64,000 bases of DNA from Mustelus asterias (lineage: Eukaryota), in NCBI RefSeq assembly GCF_964213995.1, contig NW_027590119.1, positions 2,418,001 through 2,482,000 on the forward strand, in the 5' to 3' direction. The notes under the pieces are model-generated. The model saw nothing but the letters and a program-made list of their open reading frames with translations. It was not told the origin of the DNA and searched no databases. Shown here in pieces: positions 62,610-64,000 of the stretch (the first letter of the stretch is position 1; every line of letters begins with the position of its first letter). The translations under genes and the position numbers were made by a program.

Positions 62610-64000
62610 TAACATAGAACATAGAACATAGAACATTACAGCGCAGTACAGGCCCTTCGGCCCTCGATGTTGCGCCGACCAGTGGGACCAATCTAAAGCC
62701 CCTCTAATCTACACTATTCCAATATCATCCATATGTTTATCCAATAACCACTTGAACGCTCTCAACGTTGACGAGTCCACCACTGCTGCAGGCAGGGCAT
62801 TCCACGCCCTTACTACTCTCTGAGTAAAGAACCTACCTCTAACATCTGTCCTATATCTCTCACCCCTCAATTTAAAGCTATGTCCCCTCGTGCTAGCCAA
62901 CACCATCCGAGGAAAAAGGCTCTCACTATCCACCCTATCTAATCGTCTGATCATCTTGTGTGCCTCTATTAAGTCACCTCTTAACCTTCTTCTCTCGAAC
63001 GAAAACAACCTCAAGCCCCTCAGCCTTTCCTCATACGATATTCCCACCATACCAGGCAACATCCTGGTAAATCTTCTCTGCACCTCCACATCTTTCCTAT
63101 AATACGGCGACCAGAACTGTACGCAATACTCCAAATGCGGCCGCACCAGAGTTTTGTACAGTTGCAGCATGACCTCTTGGCTCCGAAACTCAATCCCTCT
63201 ACCAATAAAAGCTAACACACCGGACACCTTCTTAACAACCCTATCAACCTGGGTGCCAACTTTCAGGGATCTATGCACGTGGACACCCAGATCCCTCTGT
63301 TCATCCACACTACCAAGTATCTTACCATTAGCCCAGTACTCTGTATTCATGTTACTCCTTCCAAAGTGAATCACCTCACACTTTTCCGCATTAAACTCCA
63401 TTTGCCATCTCTCAGCCCAGCTCTGCAGCTTATCTATGTCCCTCTGTAACCTGCCACTTCCCTCCGCACTGTCTACAACTCCACCGACTTTAGTGTCATC
63501 CGCAAATTTACTAAACCATCCTTCCACGCCCTCATCCAAGTCATTAATAAAAATGACCAGCAGCAGTGGCCCCAAAACAGATCCTTGCGGTACACCACTA
63601 GTAACAGAACTCCAGGATGAATATTTCCCATCAACCACCACCCTTTGCTTTCTTACAGCTAGCCAATTCCTGATCCAAACCACAAATCACCCTCAATCCC
63701 ATGTGTCCGTATTTTCTGCACAAACTTACCATGGGGAACCTTATCAAACGCTTTGCTGAGATCCATATACACCAAATCAACCGCTTTACCCTCATCCACC
63801 TCTTTGGTCACCTTCTCAAAGAACTCAATAAGGTTTGTGAGGCACGACCTACCCTTCACAAAACCGTGCTGACTATCCCTAATCAAATTATTCCTTTCTA
63901 GGTGATTATAAATCCTATCTCTTAGAATCCTTTCCAATACTTTGCCCACAACAGAAGTAAGGCTCACCAGTCTATAATTACCAGGGTTGTCCCTACTCCC
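62610..64000 (-). mobile_element. Young CR1 LINE, ORF2 RT and C-terminal region (runs off the window edge)
   Basis: ORFs 63659-63967 and 62709-63683 are joined by one frameshift. Motifs [19 protein letters not shown] and FADD. 3' tail (GTTCTAT)n at about 62610-62636. Confidence 0.93.

Overview
This is eukaryotic DNA from a cartilaginous fish (shark-type repeats and Ig sequences; the species cannot be determined). The main gene is a complete IgM heavy-chain cluster on the minus strand: leader (23046-23001), VH, JH, CH1-CH4 with secretory tail, TM1 and TM2 (ending 6369). All splice sites and constant-region frames are intact. The VH is already fused in the genome to a D segment that keeps only its 3' 12-bp-spacer RSS, so this is a partially germline-joined VD-J gene needing one RAG step. 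The single JH carries one extra T that shifts the YFDY codons out of the WGQG frame without creating a stop. About 10 kb upstream is a decayed second VH pseudogene, with a collinear older copy of the upstream region. Both copies keep an octamer-containing block. Also present: a truncated C2H2 zinc-finger gene facing the IgM 3' end, a G-rich switch-like tandem repeat in the J-C intron, CTCF-like motifs, Penelope-like retroelement derivatives with minimal hammerhead ribozyme motifs, and many CR1/Rex LINE fragments, SINEs and simple repeats. Most short ORFs in the track are repeat-derived noise. Repeat boundaries were read by eye and are approximate.
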